NCBI GenBank assembly: GCA_945872855.1
Contig: CAMCAW010000003.1
Location: 7,140 to 71,139, forward strand
DNA from: Rickettsia typhi
GTDB lineage: Bacteria; Pseudomonadota; Alphaproteobacteria; Rickettsiales; UBA1997
Length of the DNA stretch: 64,000 nucleotides
Reading direction: 5' to 3'
Below are positions 48,645 through 57,424 of this stretch, one piece after another. How positions within the stretch are numbered: position 1 is the first letter of the stretch; every line of letters begins with the position of its first letter. The notes under the pieces were generated by a model. The model was given only the letters and a program-made list of their open reading frames with translations, searched no databases and was not told where the DNA came from. The position numbers and the translations under genes were made by a program.

Positions 48645-51140
48645 TTATTTTTTCTTACTTTTTACAAACCTCTTCCTTCCGCCGCCGGCCGCAGCTTTTA
48701 GCGCCGCGGTTGCGATCAAATCAACTGCGCGATTCAAGCCAACATCTAAAACGTTATCTTCTTTAAGCGACACATATTTGCCATCATGCGCTAAATAAGG
48801 GCCATAAGGGCCAATGCTCGCTACAATTTTTTTGCTAGTTTCGGGGTGAAAGCCAACTTCGCGAGGCAGAGAAAGCAAGCCCAGAGCAGCTTTAAGCTCA
48901 ATCAATTTCGGATCTAAATTTTTGGGAATCGAGATTCTCTTTGGCTTCAAAACCTTTGGTTTCTTGGGCTTGGGCTCTTTCTTCGGTTTTTTAGCTTTGC
49001 TGGTTTTAGAAGTTTTTGCTGCAGGTTTTTTCTCCTCAATAATTTCAGGAATAACTGCAGGTTCTTCGCCACCACTTCCAATCAACTCTAAGTAGGGGCC
49101 GTAAGGTCCAATTTTAACCATAACTTCGAAGCCAGTTTTGGGATCGATACCCAAACTGCGCGGTTCAAACATTGGTTTGCCGCTTGAAGGCTCGCCATCA
49201 GGGCCTTCTTCGCCCTTGTCAAAAATTTGCATCGTGTGTTTGCACTCTGGATAATTCGAACATCCAATGAAAGCACCGAACTTGCCAAGCCTTAGCCCAA
49301 GCGTTCCCTTGCTGCATGTTGGGCAAGTATTTTTTGCTTTTCCCTCTTCGTCAACGCCAAAAATTTGTCCACCAATTTTTTGATTTAATATTTCGAGAAC
49401 GTCGCCAAATGGCTTCTCGCCTACTTCGAGGCATGTTGCGTTAAAATCATTCCAGAAATTTTTTAGGAAAATTCTCCAGTTTAATTTTCCATCAGAAATT
49501 ATATCAAGCTCGTCTTCAACAGAGGCGGTGTAGCCAAATTCTACATATTTCGCGAAAAATTCTTTGAGGAAAGTTGTAACCACGCGACCACGCTCTTCGG
49601 GGAAGAATCTTTTGCGATCTAATTTAACATAACCGCGATCTTGTAATACCGAAATAATCGAGGCGTAAGTAGATGGGCGGCCGATTCCTAGCTCTTCCAT
49701 TTTTTTGACCAAGCTCGCTTCAGAATAACGTGGGGGCGGCTCGGTAAAATGTTGCGCTGGCTTCACATCGATCAGGGCTAGAGACTCGCTTGGCGCTAGC
49801 TCTGGCAATTGTTGCTTGCCTTCGTCTTCGTCTTTTTCATCATCTTTATCTTCGTTGTAAATTTTGTAAAAACCATCGAATTTAATAACAGATCCAGTGG
49901 CACGAGCCTTTGCATAAGTAGGAACGGTAACAATATCAACTACAACTTGATCAAAAATTACATCAGCCATTTGTGAAGCAATTGTGCGCTTCCAAATTAA
50001 TTCATAAAGGTTGAATTGATCGCTATCTAAATAACGTTTTACGCTTTCTGGGGGGAAGGCAAAATCGGCTGGGCGTATGGCTTCATGGGCTTCTTGCGCG
50101 TTTTTAATTTTGCTCTTAAAAATATTGGCGCTTTCAGGTAAATATTTTGCGCCATAAGTTTTATCGATGTAAACTCTTGCTGCTGTAATGGCTTCAGGGG
50201 TCATGTCGATTGAATCAGTTCTCATATAGGTGATGAGACCTTGGTTATTGCCGTCAATTTCTGTGCCTTCATAGAGCCTTTGGGCAAGCATCATGGTCTT
50301 GCTTACAGAATAGCCAAGCTTGCGCGCAGCCTCTTGCTGCAAGGACGAAGTGATGAATGGCGGATAAGAGCGACGCTTAGTTTGCTTCTTTGTAATATCA
50401 ACAACTTGATATTTTTTATCCTCAAGAAGCTTAGTGATTCTAGTGGCGGCGTCTTTGCTGGTGATTGAAAATTTCTCAAGTTTTTTGCCTTCAACTTCAA
50501 CTAGCGAAGCGGTGAAAGCCATGTGTTTCAAGCTCTCAAGGTCAATTTTAATGTCCCAGTATTCTTGGCTTTTGAAGGCCTCAATTTCTTCTTCGCGATC
50601 GCAAATAAGGCGCAAAGCTACAGACTGAACGCGCCCCGCCGATCTACTTCCTGGGAGTTTTTTCCACAAAATTGGCGAGAGGGTGAATCCAACAAGGTAA
50701 TCTAAGGCGCGGCGGGCTTGTTGCGCATCAACTAAATCCATATCAATTTGGCGCGGATGTTTTATTGCTTCCAAAATTGAGCTTTTGGTGATGGCATTGA
50801 ACACTACGCGTTCAACCTTTGTCGAGGCTTTCACCGCCTTCTTTTGCTTCAAAACTTCAAGCACGTGCCAAGCGATAGATTCACCTTCGCGGTCAGGATC
50901 GGGAGCGAGAATAATCTTGTCACAACCCTTTGCTGCATCAACAATTGTCTTCACATGCTTGGTAGATTTTGGCGAAATTTCGTAATGCATGTTGAAATTA
51001 TTGTTCGGCTCAACAGATCCATTTTTGCTTGGCAAGTCGCGCACATGGCCGAACGAAGCCACTACAGAATAATCTTTTCCAAGATATTTTCCGATGGTTT
51101 TAGCCTTGGCGGGAGATTCAACGATCAATAAATTTTTCAT
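48645..51140 (-). CDS. topA: DNA topoisomerase I.
   Basis: It has a Toprim N-terminus (LLIVESPAKAKTI), the active-site region ITYMRTDS, a Zn-ribbon (CPTC...CSNYPEC) and a Lys-rich C-terminal region. Confidence 0.95.
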   Translation of the reverse strand: MKNLLIVESPAKAKTIGKYLGKDYSVVASFGHVRDLPSKNGSVEPNNNFNMHYEISPKSTKHVKTIVDAAKGCDKIILAPDPDREGESIAWHVLEVLKQKKAVKASTKVERVVFNAITKSSILEAIKHPRQIDMDLVDAQQARRALDYLVGFTLSPILWKKLPGSRSAGRVQSVALRLICDREEEIEAFKSQEYWDIKIDLESLKHMAFTASLVEVEGKKLEKFSITSKDAATRITKLLEDKKYQVVDITKKQTKRRSYPPFITSSLQQEAARKLGYSVSKTMMLAQRLYEGTEIDGNNQGLITYMRTDSIDMTPEAITAARVYIDKTYGAKYLPESANIFKSKIKNAQEAHEAIRPADFAFPPESVKRYLDSDQFNLYELIWKRTIASQMADVIFDQVVVDIVTVPTYAKARATGSVIKFDGFYKIYNEDKDDEKDEDEGKQQLPELAPSESLALIDVKPAQHFTEPPPRYSEASLVKKMEELGIGRPSTYASIISVLQDRGYVKLDRKRFFPEERGRVVTTFLKEFFAKYVEFGYTASVEDELDIISDGKLNWRIFLKNFWNDFNATCLEVGEKPFGDVLEILNQKIGGQIFGVDEEGKAKNTCPTCSKGTLGLRLGKFGAFIGCSNYPECKHTMQIFDKGEEGPDGEPSSGKPMFEPRSLGIDPKTGFEVMVKIGPYGPYLELIGSGGEEPAVIPEIIEEKKPAAKTSKTSKAKKPKKEPKPKKPKVLKPKRISIPKNLDPKLIELKAALGLLSLPREVGFHPETSKKIVASIGPYGPYLAHDGKYVSLKEDNVLDVGLNRAVDLIATAALKAAAGGGRKRFVKSKKK

Positions 51141-51258
51141 GAATATTTTTGTTGTGAAAAAAAATTATAGCTTTGAGGGAGCAAGTATTTATGAGCTTTA
51201 AAACGAAAAGTCAAATTTTGTTATGAGGCATTTTGCATGACGGCGGGGCAAAAATAGG

Positions 51259-51663
51259 CTATTTAACTTTGGTAACGCAACTAAAAATCGCCTCATTGCA
51301 ATCAGATTCAGACTCTAAAGTGATAATGCCGTAGAAGCTTTCTACGTTAGCAATGCGGGTGTTTTTAAAAGTGATTATCGCTTCATAATTTTCATATTTG
51401 CGAGGCAGAAAAAAACTGAGCAACGGAACATAGGATAATGTTCCAAGTTTTCTTTCGCTATGACTGTAGCTTTTAACTACATTGCCTTTTGCGTCAATCC
51501 ATTCAACCTTTGTGCGTTCGTGATGTTGCAGAAGGCTTTCTTCGTTTGCAGAAAATTTTTCAGGATCACGCATTATAGAATCGTGAAATTGCTTTGATGA
51601 TTGATATGAATTCGGGGCGCAGCAGGATAGTAAAAATAAAATTAATATTGATAAAATTTTCAT
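51259..51663 (-). CDS. Hypothetical lipoprotein.
   Basis: It has a signal peptide plus lipobox (LFLLS-C). Length is 134 aa. Confidence 0.55.
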   Translation of the reverse strand: MKILSILILFLLSCCAPNSYQSSKQFHDSIMRDPEKFSANEESLLQHHERTKVEWIDAKGNVVKSYSHSERKLGTLSYVPLLSFFLPRKYENYEAIITFKNTRIANVESFYGIITLESESDCNEAIFSCVTKVK

Positions 51664-51695
51664 TTTTATAAGAGTTTCCTGTGGAGGGAAGAATT

Positions 51696-53165
51696 TTAAA
51701 ATCCTAACATAGTTTGAATAAGCGCCAGTAAGGGTTTTAAGAATGCAATGAACAGCAAGTTGAAAGCCGCAACAAAGGCAATTACAATTTTTGGATTAAC
51801 TCTGTTGACAAACTCTAGCTGACGATCCTCTTTAACTGCATCAAAATACATAACTTTTACCACGCGCAAATAATAAAAAGCACTGATAACGCTAAATAAA
51901 ACCGCTATAATCGAAGTGATGATATAGCCCGATTTTACTGCGGCGCCAATCACATAAAACTTAGAGAAAAACCCTGCTAACGGCGGAATTCCTGCGGTTG
52001 AAAACATGAATATTGTGAGAAAGGCGGCCATTATGGGGTTAGTTTTTGCAAGGCCTGAGAAAGATGAAATATCGAAAATTTTATTATCCAATTCATCGCT
52101 AGAGCCAGCGGGATTCGCGCTATTTTTTAAGCCAAAAATTAGGTTTAAAAATCCGAAGTTTCCTAGTGATAAAATTGCGTAAATGATCATATAAATTACG
52201 CAGGCTTTAATGCCTTCGGGGCTTAGAGCTGAAAGGCCAAACATTACAAAACCAACATGTCCAATAGAGCTATAAGCCAACAAGCGCTTGATGTTATTTT
52301 GCCTGATTGCACCAAAACTTCCAACAGCCATTGAGGCTAGAGCCACAAGGATCAAAACCTTATCCATTCCTACCCAGCTTGGCGATAAATCTAAAAATAA
52401 ACGCACTAAAACCATGACGGCAACAAATTTTGTAACGGTGGCGAAGAAGGTTGTGACGATTGAGTTCGAGCCTTCATACACATCTGGTGTCCACATGTGA
52501 AATGGTGCAGCAGAAATTTTAAAGAACATTGCAATCACGATTAAGAGAAAGCCTAAAATAACTGCTGGAGGCACTGGATTAGTGCTGTAAAGATAGGTTG
52601 CAACATCAAAATTTGTTGTTCCTGAAAAGCCATAAAATATTGAAATGCCTAGAAGCAGTAGGCCAGAAGCCACTGATCCTAAGATAAAATATTTCATACC
52701 ACTTTCAGAAGATCTGGCAGATTTGCGATTTATTGCAGCAAGCAAATATAGTGGCAAAGCTTGTAGCTCTAGGCCTAAATAGAATGTTAGAAAATCGTTG
52801 GCTGAAATTAAAAACATGCCGCCACAAGTTGAAATCATTAGCAAAGCTAAAAATTCGGCACTGATTTCTTTTTCTTTAGCGAGAAATTCTAGCGATAAAA
52901 TCATCACAAAAATCAACAAAGTAACGGCGATAAATTTGATGAAGCAGGTGAAGGAATTAACAAAAAACATGCCATGGAAAAATGATCCAACCATGAAGGT
53001 GTTGTGCGTTGTGAAATACAGGGAGGCAAAGCAGGAGAGTAGGGCGATCAGATAAGATGCGCGGAAAAATTCTGGCTTATTTTTACCAAAAAAAACATCG
53101 TTAAGTAAGATTATCAATGCGCCGCAAAATAGCGCCAATTCTGGATAGATTGATGGTAAAAACAT
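51696..53165 (-). CDS. nuoN: NADH-quinone oxidoreductase subunit N.
   Basis: It is polytopic, with LELQALPLY...ESGMKYFILG as the NuoN signature. Confidence 0.85.
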   Translation of the reverse strand: MFLPSIYPELALFCGALIILLNDVFFGKNKPEFFRASYLIALLSCFASLYFTTHNTFMVGSFFHGMFFVNSFTCFIKFIAVTLLIFVMILSLEFLAKEKEISAEFLALLMISTCGGMFLISANDFLTFYLGLELQALPLYLLAAINRKSARSSESGMKYFILGSVASGLLLLGISIFYGFSGTTNFDVATYLYSTNPVPPAVILGFLLIVIAMFFKISAAPFHMWTPDVYEGSNSIVTTFFATVTKFVAVMVLVRLFLDLSPSWVGMDKVLILVALASMAVGSFGAIRQNNIKRLLAYSSIGHVGFVMFGLSALSPEGIKACVIYMIIYAILSLGNFGFLNLIFGLKNSANPAGSSDELDNKIFDISSFSGLAKTNPIMAAFLTIFMFSTAGIPPLAGFFSKFYVIGAAVKSGYIITSIIAVLFSVISAFYYLRVVKVMYFDAVKEDRQLEFVNRVNPKIVIAFVAAFNLLFIAFLKPLLALIQTMLGF

Positions 53166-53180
53166 GAGTGTTTAATTTAG

Positions 53181-54650
53181 TTAAAACAAAGCAACTAAGG
53201 AAATTGCTGGTTGTATAAAATAGCTTAAAAGTAAATTTGGCATTACGCCTAACAAGACCACAAGTGCTGCAAGGGTGCTAAGCGAGACTAATTCTACAGC
53301 GTTTAAATCTTTTAATTTTTCGATTTTGGTATTGATAATTTCGCCGAATATTACGCGCTTATAAAGCCACAACATATAACAAGCTCCAAGAACTACGCCT
53401 AGAGTAGAAAGGATCGCGACGATTTTATTTGCTTGAAAAGTTCCGATAATTGCTAAAAATTCTCCAACAAAACCGCTAGTTCCAGGAAGGCCAACTGAGC
53501 CCATAGTGAAGATCATTGCGAGCAAAGCGAAGTTTGGCATTTTTTGCACGATGCCGCCTAGATCAGCTATTTGCTTGGTGTGAAGGCGATCATAAATTAC
53601 GCCAACGCACATGAATAATGCAGCAGAAACCAAGCCGTGGCTGATCATTTGCATTATTGCGCCATCAATTCCTTGGCGTGTAAAACTGAAAATTCCCATA
53701 GTAACAAAACCCATGTGAGCTACGGAAGAGTAGGCGATCATCTTCTTCATGTCTTCTTGCATTAACGCCACGAGAGACGCATAAATGATAGCAATAATGC
53801 TGAGTGTAAAAACTAAATTCGCGAAATGCTCGCAAGCCGCAGGAAAAAACGGTAGCAAGAAACGCAGCATTGCGTAGGCGCCAAGCTTGATTAAAATTCC
53901 CGCCAAAATTACTGAGCCAGCTGTAGGTGCCTGAACGTGGGCATCGGGAAGCCAAGTGTGAAATGGAAACATCGGCACCTTAATTGCAAAAGAGATGAAG
54001 AAGGCCAGCCAGAGCCACTTTTGATGCGCTAAAATAAGGCTTGGCAGAACTTGCTTCAGAACATTAATGTCTGTCGAGCCAGTGGTTGCATATATGTAGA
54101 TGATGGCCACCAAAAATAAAACCGAGCCAAAAAGTGTGTAAAGGAAGAATTTGTAAGAGGCGTAAATTCGTTGTTGGCCGCCCCAAATACCAATGATTAA
54201 GAACATCGGAATTAGCATCGCTTCGAATAAAACGTAAAATAATAATAGGTCGATTGCGCAAAATGAACCAATGGTGAAGCCTTCTAGTAGTAGGAAGTAG
54301 ATGACATATTCTTTGACGCGATTAGTTACAGAATTAATACTGATTGCCAAACAAATTGGGATTAAAAAAGTGGTGAGAACAATTAACAAAACCGAAATTC
54401 CATCAATGCCCATATGATATTTGAAGCCTTGGCCTTCTAGGATTCTGAGGATTTCAACAAATTGAAAATCAGTGCTGGATTTGTCAAAAGAAAATAGTAG
54501 TTTTATCGACAAGACAAAGGTAACGAAGCTGATTAAAAGCCCAAAATTATAAAAGTTTTTGGGGTTTTTGCTGCTAATTGGCAACAGCAAAATCGCGGCT
54601 ACAATTGGCAAAAAAGTGATTAGCGATAAAATAGGGAAATTATTGATCAT
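53181..54650 (-). CDS. nuoM: NADH-quinone oxidoreductase subunit M.
   Basis: It is polytopic, with GIDGISVLLIVLT, WLPDAHVQAPTAGS and AYSSVAHMG motifs. Confidence 0.85.
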   Translation of the reverse strand: MINNFPILSLITFLPIVAAILLLPISSKNPKNFYNFGLLISFVTFVLSIKLLFSFDKSSTDFQFVEILRILEGQGFKYHMGIDGISVLLIVLTTFLIPICLAISINSVTNRVKEYVIYFLLLEGFTIGSFCAIDLLLFYVLFEAMLIPMFLIIGIWGGQQRIYASYKFFLYTLFGSVLFLVAIIYIYATTGSTDINVLKQVLPSLILAHQKWLWLAFFISFAIKVPMFPFHTWLPDAHVQAPTAGSVILAGILIKLGAYAMLRFLLPFFPAACEHFANLVFTLSIIAIIYASLVALMQEDMKKMIAYSSVAHMGFVTMGIFSFTRQGIDGAIMQMISHGLVSAALFMCVGVIYDRLHTKQIADLGGIVQKMPNFALLAMIFTMGSVGLPGTSGFVGEFLAIIGTFQANKIVAILSTLGVVLGACYMLWLYKRVIFGEIINTKIEKLKDLNAVELVSLSTLAALVVLLGVMPNLLLSYFIQPAISLVALF

Positions 54651-54723
54651 TTTATGATTACTTCGTTAGAATGGCAATTGTCGGGGCGATGATAAAAATA
54701 TAAATTTACGAATCAATTTAAAA

Positions 54724-55794
54724 GTGCTTCAGAATAAAAAAATTATCTTAGATTCAGCGCAAATAAAATTGCAGCAAAAATTACAAAATCTTGCTTTTAG
54801 TTTAGAAAATAAACATGCGGGGTTTTTAAATAATTTATTTGCTGCAAAAAAAATGCTGCTGCAAGGGCTTTATATCTACGGTTCTGTAGGTTGCGGCAAA
54901 ACTACACTGATGCAAGGTTTTTATGATTCTCTTGTTAAAACGCCGAAAATTTATTTTCATTTCAACAGCTTCATGCGCTCTATTCACGAGGCTTTGCGCA
55001 ATATTCGCCATGAGAAGAAAAAATATAAAGATGAATTAATTGAAGCAGTAAAAAGAGTTGTTGGCGATAAAAAAGTTTTATGTTTCGATGAGTTTCAAGT
55101 GCTTGATATTGCTGATGCGATGATCTTGGGGCGAATTTTTTCTTATTTATTTACGCGGCAAACTATTGTGATTTTTACCTCTAATGCCGCACCGCACGAG
55201 CTCTACAAAGACGGGCTTCAGCGCGAAGTTTTTCTTGAATTTGTTGATAAAGTTTTGCTGAAATATTGCGAAACTATTAAGTTGGATAATGGCGTAGACT
55301 ACCGCGCTCTATATCGCCAGAGCCTCACTAAAAGATATTTTATTTCTAACAAAAATAACCGCGCAGAAGTTCAAGAAATCATTGGCAATTTAACCAAGCA
55401 AGAGCCGCTTAAGCCTAGAAAAATCAAGGTTTGGGGCCGTGAAGTAAAAATTAAAAAAACCTTCGAGAAAATTGCTGTAATTAATTTTGATGATATTTGC
55501 CGCACAGAACTTGGCGCTTCAGATTTTCAAGCTATTGCTAAAGAATTCGATTTAATATTTTTGTTAAAATTGCCAATCCTAACTAAGCAAGATCGCAACG
55601 AGTCGCGCCGTTTTACGCTTTTTATCGATGAGATTTATGAGAATAAAACTGCGCTAATAATTTTGGCGAAAACAGCGATCGAAAAAATCTATGGTGATGA
55701 GGCTGGAGAACATTATTTTGCGCGGACAATTTCACGTTTAAAGGAAATAAAATCTGATGAATATTGGCTAGCCAGTAAAATAAAAAACGCTTAA
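54724..55794 (+). CDS. zapE: AFG1/ZapE-family ATPase.
   Basis: It has the Walker A motif GSVGCGKTTLM and the Walker B motif LCFDEFQV. Confidence 0.8.
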   Translation: MLQNKKIILDSAQIKLQQKLQNLAFSLENKHAGFLNNLFAAKKMLLQGLYIYGSVGCGKTTLMQGFYDSLVKTPKIYFHFNSFMRSIHEALRNIRHEKKKYKDELIEAVKRVVGDKKVLCFDEFQVLDIADAMILGRIFSYLFTRQTIVIFTSNAAPHELYKDGLQREVFLEFVDKVLLKYCETIKLDNGVDYRALYRQSLTKRYFISNKNNRAEVQEIIGNLTKQEPLKPRKIKVWGREVKIKKTFEKIAVINFDDICRTELGASDFQAIAKEFDLIFLLKLPILTKQDRNESRRFTLFIDEIYENKTALIILAKTAIEKIYGDEAGEHYFARTISRLKEIKSDEYWLASKIKNA

Positions 55795-55911
55795 GATTTT
55801 TTAAATTGAGTATTTTATTAATGTTGTGCCAAACTATTGAAATTGCTCGTTTTAAAGCTTTTTTTACCAAGAATTAATAAATGCAAAATTTATTATCAAA
55901 ACAAAACTAAA

Positions 55912-57423
55912 ATGCCCATTTTAAATTGGTTAAATCGCGATAAATCTATTAAAAAAGCTGCAAACGCGCCCTATCGCTTGCTTGAAGCTGATGATGTTTT
56001 TTCTTACGGCGATCAAAATTCGCAAAATTTGTTGATTCAAGGCGATAATTTAGAGGCTTTGAAGGCTCTCTTACCTTATTATGCGGGCAAAGTGAAATGT
56101 GTTTATATTGACCCGCCTTACAACACTGGCAGCGCTTTTGAGCATTATGATGATAATTTAGAACATTCTAAATGGTTAGAAATGATGTATCCACGGCTTG
56201 AATTGTTGCGTGAATTGCTGGCAGAAGATGGTAGTATTTGGATTTCGATTGATGATGATGAGGGGCATTATTTGAAGGTGATTTGTGATGAGATTTTTGG
56301 GAGAAAAAACTTTGTTGCAAATGTTGTTTGGCAGAAAAAGTATTCGCCACAAAATGATGCTAAATGGTTAAGTGATAGTCATGACCATATAATTATTTTT
56401 GCAAAGAATAAATCGGTTTGGAGGCCGAATTTACTTATTAGAACAGAGGAGATGAATGACAGATATAAAAATGTAGATAATGATATAAGGGGAGTTTGGA
56501 AATCTGGAGATATGTCTGTGAAAAGAGAGACCGCTAAAGATATCTACGAAATCACAACCCCATCAGGAAGAAAAGTTTTGCCACCAAAAGGCAGAAGCTG
56601 GGTTTTTTCTAAAGAAAAATTTGCAGAAATGTTGGCTGATAATCGTATTTACTTTGGCCCAAAAGGAAGTAATGTTCCATCGGTAAAAAGATTCCTCTCC
56701 GAAGTAAAAGACGGCGTAACCCCAATGACTCTGTGGACCTATCAAGAAGTTGGCCATAATCAAGATGCAAAAAAAGAAGTAAAAGAATTAAATTTAGGCG
56801 AAGTTTTTGGCACACCAAAACCAGAAAAACTAATCCAGAGAATAATTCAACTTGCCACCAACGAAAACGACCTAGTTCTCGACTCATTTCTTGGCTCTGG
56901 CACCACCGCAGCAGTTGCCCACAAAATGAATCGTCGCTATATAGGAATTGAAATGGGAGAACATGCAAAAACCCATTGCGCCTTGCGCCTAAAAAAAGTA
57001 ATTGATGGCGAGCAAGGCGGAATCTCGCCAAGCCTTAATTGGCAAGGTGGCGGAGGTTTTCGTTTTTACAATCTTGGCGAAACAATTTTTGATGAAGAAG
57101 GAAAAATAAATCCAAAAATAAAATTTCAACATTTAGCCGCTCATATTTGGTTTAGTGAAACCCTAGAGCCTCTAGGGCAAAAAGCCAATTCACCCTTATT
57201 AGGAATTTATAAAAACACCGCCTATTATTTGCTTTATAATGGAATTCTTGGCGACAAAACCATTAGCGGCGGCAATGTTTTAACCAATAAAATTTTAAAA
57301 TTATTGCCAAAATTTAGCGGCGAAAAAGTAATTTATGGCGAAGCGAGCCGCCTTGCCCCAAGCATTTTGCAAGAAAATAAAATCACCTTCAAGCAAACTC
57401 CTTACGACATTAAAGCAAGATAA
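55912..57423 (+). CDS. mod: Type III restriction-modification methyltransferase (Mod), beta-class N6-adenine/N4-cytosine MTase.
   Basis: The catalytic motif IDPPYNTG precedes the AdoMet motif DSFLGSGTT. The start is taken at MPILNWLN (55912). Confidence 0.85.
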   Translation: MPILNWLNRDKSIKKAANAPYRLLEADDVFSYGDQNSQNLLIQGDNLEALKALLPYYAGKVKCVYIDPPYNTGSAFEHYDDNLEHSKWLEMMYPRLELLRELLAEDGSIWISIDDDEGHYLKVICDEIFGRKNFVANVVWQKKYSPQNDAKWLSDSHDHIIIFAKNKSVWRPNLLIRTEEMNDRYKNVDNDIRGVWKSGDMSVKRETAKDIYEITTPSGRKVLPPKGRSWVFSKEKFAEMLADNRIYFGPKGSNVPSVKRFLSEVKDGVTPMTLWTYQEVGHNQDAKKEVKELNLGEVFGTPKPEKLIQRIIQLATNENDLVLDSFLGSGTTAAVAHKMNRRYIGIEMGEHAKTHCALRLKKVIDGEQGGISPSLNWQGGGGFRFYNLGETIFDEEGKINPKIKFQHLAAHIWFSETLEPLGQKANSPLLGIYKNTAYYLLYNGILGDKTISGGNVLTNKILKLLPKFSGEKVIYGEASRLAPSILQENKITFKQTPYDIKAR

Positions 57424-57424
57424 A

